The notes below the pieces were generated by a model. That model was not told the origin of the DNA and did no database searches. It saw only the letters and a list, made by a program, of their open reading frames with translations. Positions 18,615-27,614 of a stretch of DNA of 64,000 bases are shown in pieces (position 1 is the first letter of the stretch; every line of letters begins with the position of its first letter). The position numbers were made by a program, and so were the translations under genes. The DNA comes from an uncultured archaeon (GTDB lineage: Archaea > Thermoplasmatota > Penumbrarchaeia > JASLWR01): contig CAYFHS010000003.1 in NCBI GenBank assembly GCA_964342815.1, positions 106,741 through 170,740 of the forward strand, given 5' to 3'.

Positions 18615-20140
18615 ATGTCAAGCAGCGAACTGGACATTAAAACCCTTGAGAACTGGCTATGGGAAGCAGCCTGTAGAATACGGGGGGAAATCGACGCAGC
18701 GAAATACAAGGATTACATACTTCCACTAATATTCTTTAAAAGGCTATCGGACGTTTTTGAGGACGAAGTCATCAAGCTATCTCGAAATTACGGCAACAGA
18801 GAAGTTGCTGAGGAATTTGTGGAAGGGGACCACGGCCTCGTAAGATTCTTTATTCCAAAAAAGGCGAGGTGGGATGAATTAGCAAAGCAAACTACTGGTG
18901 TGGGAGAATATCTCACAGACGCGGTCCGTACAATTTCCAGAGAAAACCTGAAATTACAGGGAGTAATAGACATTGTGGATTTCAACGCCACAGCTGCGGG
19001 ACAGCGGATAATCAGCGATGACAAGCTGAGATTACTGATAGACGTTCTTGGACGGTATAGGCTTGGAATAGACGATGTGGAGCCCGACATACTTGGAAGA
19101 ACGAGTACCTTCTTAGAAAGTTCGCGGAAGGATCCGGACAGAGCGCCGGAGAATTCTATACGCCGAGAGAAGTGGCAATATTGATGTCACACATTCTCGA
19201 TCCCGGTGCAGGCCAAGAGATATACGATCCTTGTTGCGGTTCAGGCGGTTTGCTGATAAAAAGCTATCTTAGATTCAGAGAAAAATTCGAAAATCGCCCT
19301 AACGTAGAGCCGTTGAGATTCTTCGGTCAGGAAATTCTCCACTCCACCTTTGCCATGGCAAAGATGAATTCATTCATACATGATATGGAGGCGAACATAA
19401 CGCTCGGAGACACGATGAACCGCCCAGCTTTCAAGAATAGGGGTGGTTCGCTGAGAAAGTTCGATCTCGTCACTGCTAATCCAATGTGGAACCAGAAATT
19501 CTCGCAGGATATCTTCGAGAATGATCCGTATGAGCGATTCGATATGGGTTATCCACCGTCAAGCAGTGCAGACTGGGGCTGGATACAGCACATGAACAAA
19601 TCATTGCGGGATGACGGTAAGATGGCAGTGGTACTCGATACGGGAGCTGTATCGCGGGGAAGCGGGAATAAAGGAAGGAACAGGGAGCGGGACATAAGAA
19701 AAGAATTCGTTGAGAAGGATTGGGTAGAGGGAGTAATCCTGATGCCCGAGAATTTATTCTATAACACCACTGCACCCGGTATAATACTTGTTATCAACAA
19801 GAATAAGAGAACTGAAAACGAGATAATGCTAATAAACGCCTCTAAGCTGTTCAAAAAGGGAAGACCGAAGAACTACCTTCCGGATGAAAGTATCAAACAG
19901 ATCTCGGGGATATACCTTGGATGGAAGGAAGAGGATGGTATCGGTAAGATAATCAAGAAAGAGGAAGCGGCGAAGAATGATTATAATCTGAGCCCTTCAA
20001 GATACGTAGCACAGGATGAGGAGGACAAAACCCTGCCGGTGGAAGACGCACTGCTGTTGCTACGGGAAGCCGAAAAAGAGAGAAAAGAAGCGGATGGGAA
20101 GATGAGGGAGATATTGGAAAAATTGGGGATGGAGCTATGA
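18615..20140 (+). pseudogene. hsdM: Type I R-M methyltransferase subunit, frameshifted at about 19101
   Basis: N-terminal LWEAACRIRG..YKDYILPLIF.KRL in one frame. EYLLRKFAEGSGQSAGEFYTPREV, DPCCGSGG and ANPMW continue in the other frame from 19103. Confidence 0.92.
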
Positions 20141-20532
20141 AATGGACCGATGAGAGATTGAAATTACTCATCGAACAGGGGGAAGGTTATGATCTGGAAT
20201 TCAAAGAGTCCTTTTCAAAGAAGATCGGGGTGGAAATCTGTGCATTTGCGAACGGTAACGGTGGAAAAATACTGCTGGGAATCACCGACCGCGGGGTCAT
20301 GAAAGGGGTAAATACTACCCAGAAAACTACCCAGAAAACTACCCGGAAACAAGATGAAATAATTGATTATTTAAGAGAACATCCATTTGCCAGCAGGAAA
20401 GAATTGGCCGAAAAGATAGATAAAATAACAGAAAATGGTGTGAAATATAATCTTAAGCGTTTGAAAGAATTGGGTATAATAAAGAGAGTCGGCCCGGATA
20501 AAGGCGGTCACTGGGAGGTAATCACATCCTGA
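20137..20532 (+). CDS. Short Schlafen/AlbA_2 N-terminus fused to a winged HTH (internally deleted RecG-like regulator family)
   Basis: GEGYDLEFKES..ICAFANGNGGKILLGITDRG joined via TTQK repeats to a C-terminal wHTH (LKRLKELGIIKRVGPDKGGHWEV). ATGA overlap with hsdM. Confidence 0.75.
   Translation: MKWTDERLKLLIEQGEGYDLEFKESFSKKIGVEICAFANGNGGKILLGITDRGVMKGVNTTQKTTQKTTRKQDEIIDYLREHPFASRKELAEKIDKITENGVKYNLKRLKELGIIKRVGPDKGGHWEVITS
20314..20349 (+). repeat. 12-bp tandem repeat x3 (TTQK-TTQK-TTRK)
   Basis: ACTACCCAGAAA, ACTACCCAGAAA, ACTACCCGGAAA. Confidence 0.9.
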
Positions 20533-20615
20533 AGCACGATAAAAAAATCTACGATTCATTCCAGCAGTCCGTAATCCGAGCGAAGGCATTGGCGGAGCTT
20601 CAGGATGGGGTGGAG

Positions 20616-21416
20616 ATGGTGAAGGAAGTGATCGATTTAAACTGGGATGTAATGGCGTATTTTCAAAAGAAAGCTCCGGAAATTGCTCCATTATTTGAGA
20701 TTCATAAAAGAATCCTTGATCGGTCAAAAAAGCCTCCTAAAAAAGTTAAGAAAATATTTCTTGATGAGTTTGGTGAAGAAATTCAAAAGGAGGCTGATGG
20801 ATATCAAGCGTATGTAGAATCAATAAACACAAAGGAAGGGAGAAAAGGATTGAAAAAAGCATTTGCACCAATGGCATATTTATTCAGGTCTTCAGAGATA
20901 ATTTCAAAAAAACCGCTCTACTATGAAGCAGTAGTTTCAGCTGTGACGGCGTTTGAAACATATCTAAAAGATACTATAATCAATCTAATCACCGATAATA
21001 GAAAAGTTGAACAGAGGTTCTTTTTAGAATTGAATGACAAGCTTAGTTATGAGAAAATCAAGAAGTATGACTATGATTATGATAAATTAATGGGTTATAT
21101 AGTAATAGAGAATTTCGATTTTTTCAAACTGGATAAAATCAACTCCCTGTATCGAAAAGCGTTGAGTGGGCAAAAAGACTCATTCTCAATTTTTCAGAAT
21201 GAAAACCGTAGAAAACGGATTGAAAAATTCTTCAAAATACGTCATTTAATAGTACATAATTCCGGAATTGTGGATCATAAATATCGGAAAGAAACAAATT
21301 CTAAACTTAAAGATGGAGATTCAATCCAATTGACAAGGAAATATATACTTGATATAATAGGCTCAATGAAGAAAATCGTTGATAATATTGAGAACGAGAT
21401 TGAAAATGCAAAATAA
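20616..21416 (+). CDS. HEPN-superfamily protein (putative RNase)
   Basis: SAVTAFETYLKD helix plus R-x4-H (RHLIVH, 21240-21257) followed by NSG..D..Y. Start is uncertain (20589, 20616 or 20651). Confidence 0.7.
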   Translation: MVKEVIDLNWDVMAYFQKKAPEIAPLFEIHKRILDRSKKPPKKVKKIFLDEFGEEIQKEADGYQAYVESINTKEGRKGLKKAFAPMAYLFRSSEIISKKPLYYEAVVSAVTAFETYLKDTIINLITDNRKVEQRFFLELNDKLSYEKIKKYDYDYDKLMGYIVIENFDFFKLDKINSLYRKALSGQKDSFSIFQNENRRKRIEKFFKIRHLIVHNSGIVDHKYRKETNSKLKDGDSIQLTRKYILDIIGSMKKIVDNIENEIENAK

Positions 21417-21436
21417 GCAAGAATGGGGCTTTCAAT

Positions 21437-23050
21437 ATGAACAATCAATCAAAGAACTCGCGATTAATCCCTCAAATACAATGTATCAAAGATAAGATAT
21501 TTGTATTTTCAAAAGGTGTTAAAGAGGATAATGTGAAACATTCAATTATTGACCGTTCTAGTGATATAGATAAAATTGTCGAAGTCATATCAAAGTTGCC
21601 AACTGGAAGTCAAAAGGGATTTCATGAAATTAATCTTAACACAAATCCGAAACAATGGATAAAAGTCTTACTTGAGAGTGATTCAAATCCGAGTGAAGGG
21701 AAGATGAACAATCTGATTAATGATTTTACAGATGGTATGAAAACAAGAATGAGAGAAGAAGAAAAGTATGTTATTGGAATACTTCAGAAGAATGAATTAT
21801 TATTGGCCCATAGCTATTTTGGGGAAAAAACCATTACACCAGAATGGAAAGTCATTCCGAGAATGCTAGATTTTGATAATGTCATTCGATATGCTCTATT
21901 TATAATGGAAAGCGATGGTAAAATCTGTGTGAAATACTTTGAGAAATATTCTACAGATTCTTTTGTTGACTGGCTGGGATTACCTCAGAGAGACGCCTTA
22001 TATCATTTTGGGGGAAAATATAGAATTTCGACAGAAGTAGATGGAATTGTTAATACATTAGAAATTCCAATAGAACAAATAGATACATGGATCAGCAGTC
22101 ATAACGAAATCAAGAAATCGGAGATTGAGTTTGCAGCTCCAATTACAAAATTAAAAATAGTTCAAATAAGGGTTGGGCGAAAAAAATATGACAATGCCGG
22201 TGATTTCCTGCAAGATTTTTATGCCGAAAAATACAATATCAATTATTACAGAATGAAATTTACCGAAATTCAAAACTCAATGAAGCCATATTCATATAAA
22301 TTCATTGATGAAAAAGCCCGAGTCATTATGATAGATGGTGATAATACAATAGCTGTTGTTGAAAAAACCAATCCACATTTCGATGTTCTTTTCTGCTGTC
22401 ATCTAATTTCAATAAGAGATAGTTATATGAATGACATATATCGAAAGTTGCGAAACGGAGAAAATATAAAAATATGTCATGCAGGTCATTCATTTTCCCA
22501 TCAACCCTTAATAATAAAAAATATTGAAATATGGAATGAACTAGTGTTATCCACGATTTTTTCCGAGATAAAGGGTTATTTTGAGAGTGTTGATTTAACA
22601 GATAAAAATCTTACACAAATCTTCGAATTAATACTGTTTTTTCTACTAAAATCTGATAATAGGATGAGACACTTATCTGTGTTTTTCAACGAGTTATGTA
22701 CAAAAATTTTGGAAAATATGGAAATCATAAATAACATTACGAAATTTGAAGATGACATCATTGAATTTAAAGCAAGTGATTATTTTACTGGTAAAGACAA
22801 GGATATCACGAATAAAATATCGTCCGACTTAGTAAAGAAATTTAATTCCAATTCCATAAAAATATATCTTCTCGGGGTTAATGATGACGGTTCCTTGGAC
22901 CCCATACCAAATGGACGTCTTGCCAGTGATCGGGTAAATCGTCTTCAAGAAACAATTAAAAAAATTTCACAAGCCAGTATTTTATATCTATTTCCCGTAA
23001 AATGCCAGAATAACAAAAGCATAATCATCTTGGTCGGGGGGAAAAAATGA
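21437..23050 (+). CDS. Unknown N-terminal region fused to a C-terminal Schlafen/AlbA_2-like domain
   Basis: E-DDII-EFK (22748-22771) and IYLLGVNDDG near the C-terminus. ATGA overlap with hsdS. Confidence 0.65.
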   Translation: MNNQSKNSRLIPQIQCIKDKIFVFSKGVKEDNVKHSIIDRSSDIDKIVEVISKLPTGSQKGFHEINLNTNPKQWIKVLLESDSNPSEGKMNNLINDFTDGMKTRMREEEKYVIGILQKNELLLAHSYFGEKTITPEWKVIPRMLDFDNVIRYALFIMESDGKICVKYFEKYSTDSFVDWLGLPQRDALYHFGGKYRISTEVDGIVNTLEIPIEQIDTWISSHNEIKKSEIEFAAPITKLKIVQIRVGRKKYDNAGDFLQDFYAEKYNINYYRMKFTEIQNSMKPYSYKFIDEKARVIMIDGDNTIAVVEKTNPHFDVLFCCHLISIRDSYMNDIYRKLRNGENIKICHAGHSFSHQPLIIKNIEIWNELVLSTIFSEIKGYFESVDLTDKNLTQIFELILFFLLKSDNRMRHLSVFFNELCTKILENMEIINNITKFEDDIIEFKASDYFTGKDKDITNKISSDLVKKFNSNSIKIYLLGVNDDGSLDPIPNGRLASDRVNRLQETIKKISQASILYLFPVKCQNNKSIIILVGGKK

Positions 23051-24360
23051 ATGCTCAAAATTCCCCTGGCACACCTCAGAATAATGTCATTCCAGAGGGT
23101 TTTAAGATAATAAATATTGGATTAACTCCTGATGATTGGAATTTATTGAAGCTAGACGAGTTCATAGAACAAATTAAAGATTCTGTGGATCCCAGTACTA
23201 CAAATATTCAAAAATATGTGGGATTAAAGCACATGGATTCTGGCAATTGTCAAATAAGACGATGGGGTAATCCATCAGATGTCAGAAGTACTAAATATGC
23301 TTTTCAACCTTCGAATGTTCTATACGGTAAACTCCGTCCGTACTTGGACAAGGTAGTTTATGCGGAGTTTGATGGAATTTGCTCAACCGACATTATAGTC
23401 TTAAAAGCAAAAAACAATGCGAATAACATATTCATTTCTTATTTATTACATCATCCCTTGGTTCTTAACCATGCAATAGCAACAACTACGGGTGTAAACC
23501 ATCCCCGAACATCTTGGAAAAAGCTTTCAAAACTTAAAATCCTCCTTCCTCCACTCCCCGAACAACGCAACATTGCTCAAGTACTCTCCACAATCCAGAC
23601 CGCCCGCGAGAAAACCAAATCAGTCATCCAGGCCACGAAAGAACTCAAGAAGTCCATGATGAAGCATCTTTTCACGTACGGCCCCATTCCCCCGAGCAAG
23701 GCGGGAAGCGTCCCGCTGAAGGAGACTGAGATCGGCATGGTACCGGAGGGAGGGGATGTGGTAAGGTTGGGGGATGTAATTAAAGGAACGCAATATGGTA
23801 TATCAATGCGGGGAAATCCAGAAGGTGATTATCCAATTCTTAGAATGAATAACCTAATCGATGGAAGAATAGAAACATTAGACTTACAATACGTTGATCT
23901 AGATGATGATGCTTTTGAAAAATTTAGAGTGAATCCAGGGGACATATTATTCAATCGTACAAATAGCTTCGAATTGGTGGGAAAGACCTCTTTATTTAAC
24001 ATCAGAGATGTCTTTGTTTTTGCATCTTATTTAGTACGGGCCGTCCCCGACATTACCAAGTTATCACCGGAATATATTAACTATTATCTGAATTGGGATA
24101 GTACACAAAATCGATTAAAATTCTTGGCTACAAGAGGTGTAAGTCAGTCAAATATTAATGCGACTAAACTACGGAACTTTATTGTGTCAGTTCCCTCTCT
24201 TCCCACCCAACAAAAGATCGTCTCCATCCTAACCTCCATCGACGAAAAACTCCGCTCCGAAGAGAACAAGAAAAAAGCTCTCGACGAAATGTTTAAGACA
24301 ATGCTAAACAATCTCATGACCGGGAAAATTCGTGTAAATGATCTGGAGGTTGACACTTGA
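23047..24360 (+). CDS. hsdS: Type I R-M specificity subunit (two TRDs)
   Basis: LYGKLRPYL, PPLPEQRNIA, GDILFNRTNS..VGK, PSLPTQQKIV and LMTGKIRV motifs. Confidence 0.96.
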   Translation: MNAQNSPGTPQNNVIPEGFKIINIGLTPDDWNLLKLDEFIEQIKDSVDPSTTNIQKYVGLKHMDSGNCQIRRWGNPSDVRSTKYAFQPSNVLYGKLRPYLDKVVYAEFDGICSTDIIVLKAKNNANNIFISYLLHHPLVLNHAIATTTGVNHPRTSWKKLSKLKILLPPLPEQRNIAQVLSTIQTAREKTKSVIQATKELKKSMMKHLFTYGPIPPSKAGSVPLKETEIGMVPEGGDVVRLGDVIKGTQYGISMRGNPEGDYPILRMNNLIDGRIETLDLQYVDLDDDAFEKFRVNPGDILFNRTNSFELVGKTSLFNIRDVFVFASYLVRAVPDITKLSPEYINYYLNWDSTQNRLKFLATRGVSQSNINATKLRNFIVSVPSLPTQQKIVSILTSIDEKLRSEENKKKALDEMFKTMLNNLMTGKIRVNDLEVDT

Positions 24361-27245
24361 TCGGTGGCGAACTTGCTTCTGTACAGAATCCGATGATCAA
24401 ATACGCCATCGAAGCGGGCTGGGAATACGTTCCACCGGATGAAGCGGCTCGATTAAGAGGAGGGGGAGCCGGTTTCGTCTTCAGGGAAATCCTCACCGAA
24501 CAGATTACTCGATTCAATTCCCACTTCATTACTCCTGAAATCACCACCGAAGTAATTCGAAAGATAGAGATGGTTCCGCCCAACATCGAAGGAAATCTCA
24601 TCGCCTGGGAGTATCTAAAGGGCTTTCGAACCGCTTACGTCACAGCCGAAAAATGCGAGCGAAACGTAATTCTTCTCGATACCAAAAACATCCGGAATAA
24701 CACTTATCATGTCACCGACGAGTTCAGCTTCACCAACGGATCAAAGACAATTCGCCCTGATATTGTCTGTCTTATAAACGGCATTCCCATAATTATTATC
24801 GAGACAAAAGCCGCGCACAAAAGGGAGGGAATGGTTGAGGCGTTAAAGCAGATAAAGCGATACCACCGCCAATGTCCCGAACTTTTATCGGTATTGCAGT
24901 TATACGCCATCACCCATATAATCAAATATTACTACAGCGGCACATGGAACACTTCCCGGAAACTGCTTTTCAACTGGAAGGAGGAAGTGGAGGGAAATTT
25001 CGAGACGCTTGTCAAGGCGTTTCTGGACAAAGAACGAGTGATTAAAGTGCTTTCCGATTATCTGATGTTTGCACGCGAGGACGACGAACTGAAAAAAATA
25101 ATTCTTAGGCCGCATCAGATGAGGGCAGTACGGAAAATACTCGAAAGGGCTGCGGAAGATAAAAGCCGCGCTCTTATTTGGCACACGCAGGGCTCGGGAA
25201 AGACCTACACCATGATGTTCGCGGCAAAACGGATAATCGAGAATCCGCAATTTGAGAATCCAACCGTCATCATGCTCGTTGACCGGAACGAGCTGGAGTC
25301 ACAACTTTTCGGCCATCTTGCATCCGCAGAGTTCGAAGTGGAGGTTGCCGACAGCAAGAAAAACCTACGAAAATTGCTGGCAGAAGATCGCAAGGGCCTC
25401 ATTGTCACAATGATCCACAAGTTCGATAAGATGCCCGAGAAGATCAATCTTAAGAAAAATATATTCATTCTGGTGGACGAGGCGCATCGGACAACCGGAG
25501 GAAAACTCGGAAACTATCTCATGGGAGCTATTCCTAATGCCACATACATGGGATTCACCGGGACACCAATCGACAAGTCTTCTGTAGGAACCGGGACCTT
25601 CGTCACTTTCGGGAAGGACGATCCCCCGCATGGTTATCTCGACCGATACAGCATAGCCGAGTCAATTGACGACGGTACAACCGTTCCGCTCCACTATACC
25701 CTTGCCCCCAATGTCCTTCAGGTTGACAAGGATACTCTGAACAAAGAATTTCTGGAGCTCTCCGAAGCGGAAGGTATCAGTGACATTGGAGAGCTGAACA
25801 AGATACTTGAGAGAGCCGTAACACTCCGGAACATGCTTAAGAACACCGAGAGAATGCAGAGCATTGCAAAATACGTTGCGAATCATTTCACTGAAACAAT
25901 TGAGCCTTTGGGATACAAAGCGTTCCTGGTCGCCGTAGACCGGGAGGCGTGCTCTATCTACAAAACTGAGCTGGACAAATATCTCCCGAAGGAATATTCG
26001 GAGGTGGTATATAGTCCCGCCCAAAATGATTCTGAAAAACTTACGCGCTTTCACCTTTCGAAAGAGGAGGAAAAAAGGATTCGAAAGGCATTTCGGGACC
26101 CGGAAAAACTTCCGAAGATACTTATCGTTACCGAAAAGCTCCTTACAGGTTTCGATGCTCCGGTATTGTATTGCATGTATCTCGATAAACCCATGAGAGA
26201 TCATGTCCTGCTTCAGGCGATAGCACGTGTCAACAGACCGTACGAGAACAAGCAGGGAAAGCACAAACCGTCGGGATTCGTTCTCGATTTTGTGGGTATA
26301 TTCGACAATCTCGAAAAGGCTCTTGCATTCGATTCCATCGATATAGAGGGAGTTGTTCATGACATAGAGGTATTGAAAGGTAGGTTCGCTGAGATGATCC
26401 ATATTGCCCAAAAGGAATATCTATCCCTCATAAAGGGTAAAATCCAGGACAAGGCGGTGGAAGCCGTACTAGAGCATTTTCTGAACGAAGAAGAGCGACA
26501 AGCTTTCTATCAATTTTTCAAGGAGATATCTGACATTTATGATATTATATCACCGGATGCGTTCCTGCGACCTTTCCTGGACGAATTCGAGATAATAGCC
26601 CGGATGTACCGAATGGTAAAGGAAGCCTATGACAAAGGGATCTCGGTGGATCTGGATTTTTCTAAAAAGACCGCAAAGCTCGTGCAAAAGCATACAAAAA
26701 GCGGTTCGATTAAATCATCACTAGATGTTTATGAGATAGATGGCGAGACCATTAAAAAAATAGAAGAGGCAAATACCTCGGATACCGAAAAGGTATTCAA
26801 CCTTCTAAAGAGTATAGAAAGGGTAGTTGTTACCGACGCAGACGCGGAGCCTTATCTTATATCCATTGGAGACAAAGCGGAATTGCTCGCGCAGCTTTAT
26901 AAGAATCGACAGGAAACCACGAAAAATACCCTGGAAAAATTAAAAGAGATCATCAAGGAGATTAACGATGCACGGAAAGAGCAAGCCGCTCGAAACATGA
27001 CGAAAGAAATATTCTCAATTTTCTGGACTCTCAAAAGGGAAGGCATAAAAGGATCGGCGGATAGGGCAAACGATATGAACGCGGTTCTGGAAAAATATCC
27101 TCATTGGCGTACAAGTGAAGCTCATGAGAGAAATGTCAAACAGGAACTCTATGGCGTTTTGATAAATTCAGATATTGTGACAGTCGCAAAGGTCAAGGAG
27201 ATAGCCCAGAAAATAATGCGAGCCATAAAGGGGGGTGCCCATTGA
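24357..27245 (+). CDS. hsdR: Type I R-M restriction subunit
   Basis: RPDIV..INGIP..IIETK nuclease motif, WHTQGSGKT, DEAHR, FTGTP, LLTGFDAP and QAIARVNR. Confidence 0.97.
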   Translation: MIGGELASVQNPMIKYAIEAGWEYVPPDEAARLRGGGAGFVFREILTEQITRFNSHFITPEITTEVIRKIEMVPPNIEGNLIAWEYLKGFRTAYVTAEKCERNVILLDTKNIRNNTYHVTDEFSFTNGSKTIRPDIVCLINGIPIIIIETKAAHKREGMVEALKQIKRYHRQCPELLSVLQLYAITHIIKYYYSGTWNTSRKLLFNWKEEVEGNFETLVKAFLDKERVIKVLSDYLMFAREDDELKKIILRPHQMRAVRKILERAAEDKSRALIWHTQGSGKTYTMMFAAKRIIENPQFENPTVIMLVDRNELESQLFGHLASAEFEVEVADSKKNLRKLLAEDRKGLIVTMIHKFDKMPEKINLKKNIFILVDEAHRTTGGKLGNYLMGAIPNATYMGFTGTPIDKSSVGTGTFVTFGKDDPPHGYLDRYSIAESIDDGTTVPLHYTLAPNVLQVDKDTLNKEFLELSEAEGISDIGELNKILERAVTLRNMLKNTERMQSIAKYVANHFTETIEPLGYKAFLVAVDREACSIYKTELDKYLPKEYSEVVYSPAQNDSEKLTRFHLSKEEEKRIRKAFRDPEKLPKILIVTEKLLTGFDAPVLYCMYLDKPMRDHVLLQAIARVNRPYENKQGKHKPSGFVLDFVGIFDNLEKALAFDSIDIEGVVHDIEVLKGRFAEMIHIAQKEYLSLIKGKIQDKAVEAVLEHFLNEEERQAFYQFFKEISDIYDIISPDAFLRPFLDEFEIIARMYRMVKEAYDKGISVDLDFSKKTAKLVQKHTKSGSIKSSLDVYEIDGETIKKIEEANTSDTEKVFNLLKSIERVVVTDADAEPYLISIGDKAELLAQLYKNRQETTKNTLEKLKEIIKEINDARKEQAARNMTKEIFSIFWTLKREGIKGSADRANDMNAVLEKYPHWRTSEAHERNVKQELYGVLINSDIVTVAKVKEIAQKIMRAIKGGAH

Positions 27246-27520
27246 TTACACCAGGGGAGTTCAAAACGGAAGTAATGGCCTGGGCAGATATCGTTGGAGT
27301 GAAACCTAAAGAGATACACATACGGAAGATGAAAAAGAAATGGGGTAGTTGCTCCAGTAAAGGAAGGCTTACATTCAATGCAGCGTTATTAAACGAAAGC
27401 AAAAAAGTTAGATGGGAAACCATTCTCCATGAACTTCTTCATCTGAGATATCCTAAACATGGGAAGATGTTTAATAGGTTGCTTGAGACATATTCAAGGA
27501 AAAGTATTAATGATCGCTGA
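27242..27520 (+). CDS. Short YgjP-like M48-family metallopeptidase
   Basis: MKKKWGSCS and HELLH (HExxH). TTGA overlap with hsdR. Confidence 0.88.
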   Translation: MITPGEFKTEVMAWADIVGVKPKEIHIRKMKKKWGSCSSKGRLTFNAALLNESKKVRWETILHELLHLRYPKHGKMFNRLLETYSRKSINDR

Positions 27521-27614
27521 GATGAGGATTTAGAATAAAAAAGCAATTTATCACACCTATTACCTAGAATTGCAAGATTATGGAATTGAGTATACTATAA
27601 TATTGGTCTTTGTT

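Noticed and set aside
19095-19184. Programmed ribosomal frameshift or phase-variable repeat in hsdM
   Set aside because: There is no slippery heptamer, homopolymer or tandem repeat at the junction, and bases of a conserved motif are physically missing.
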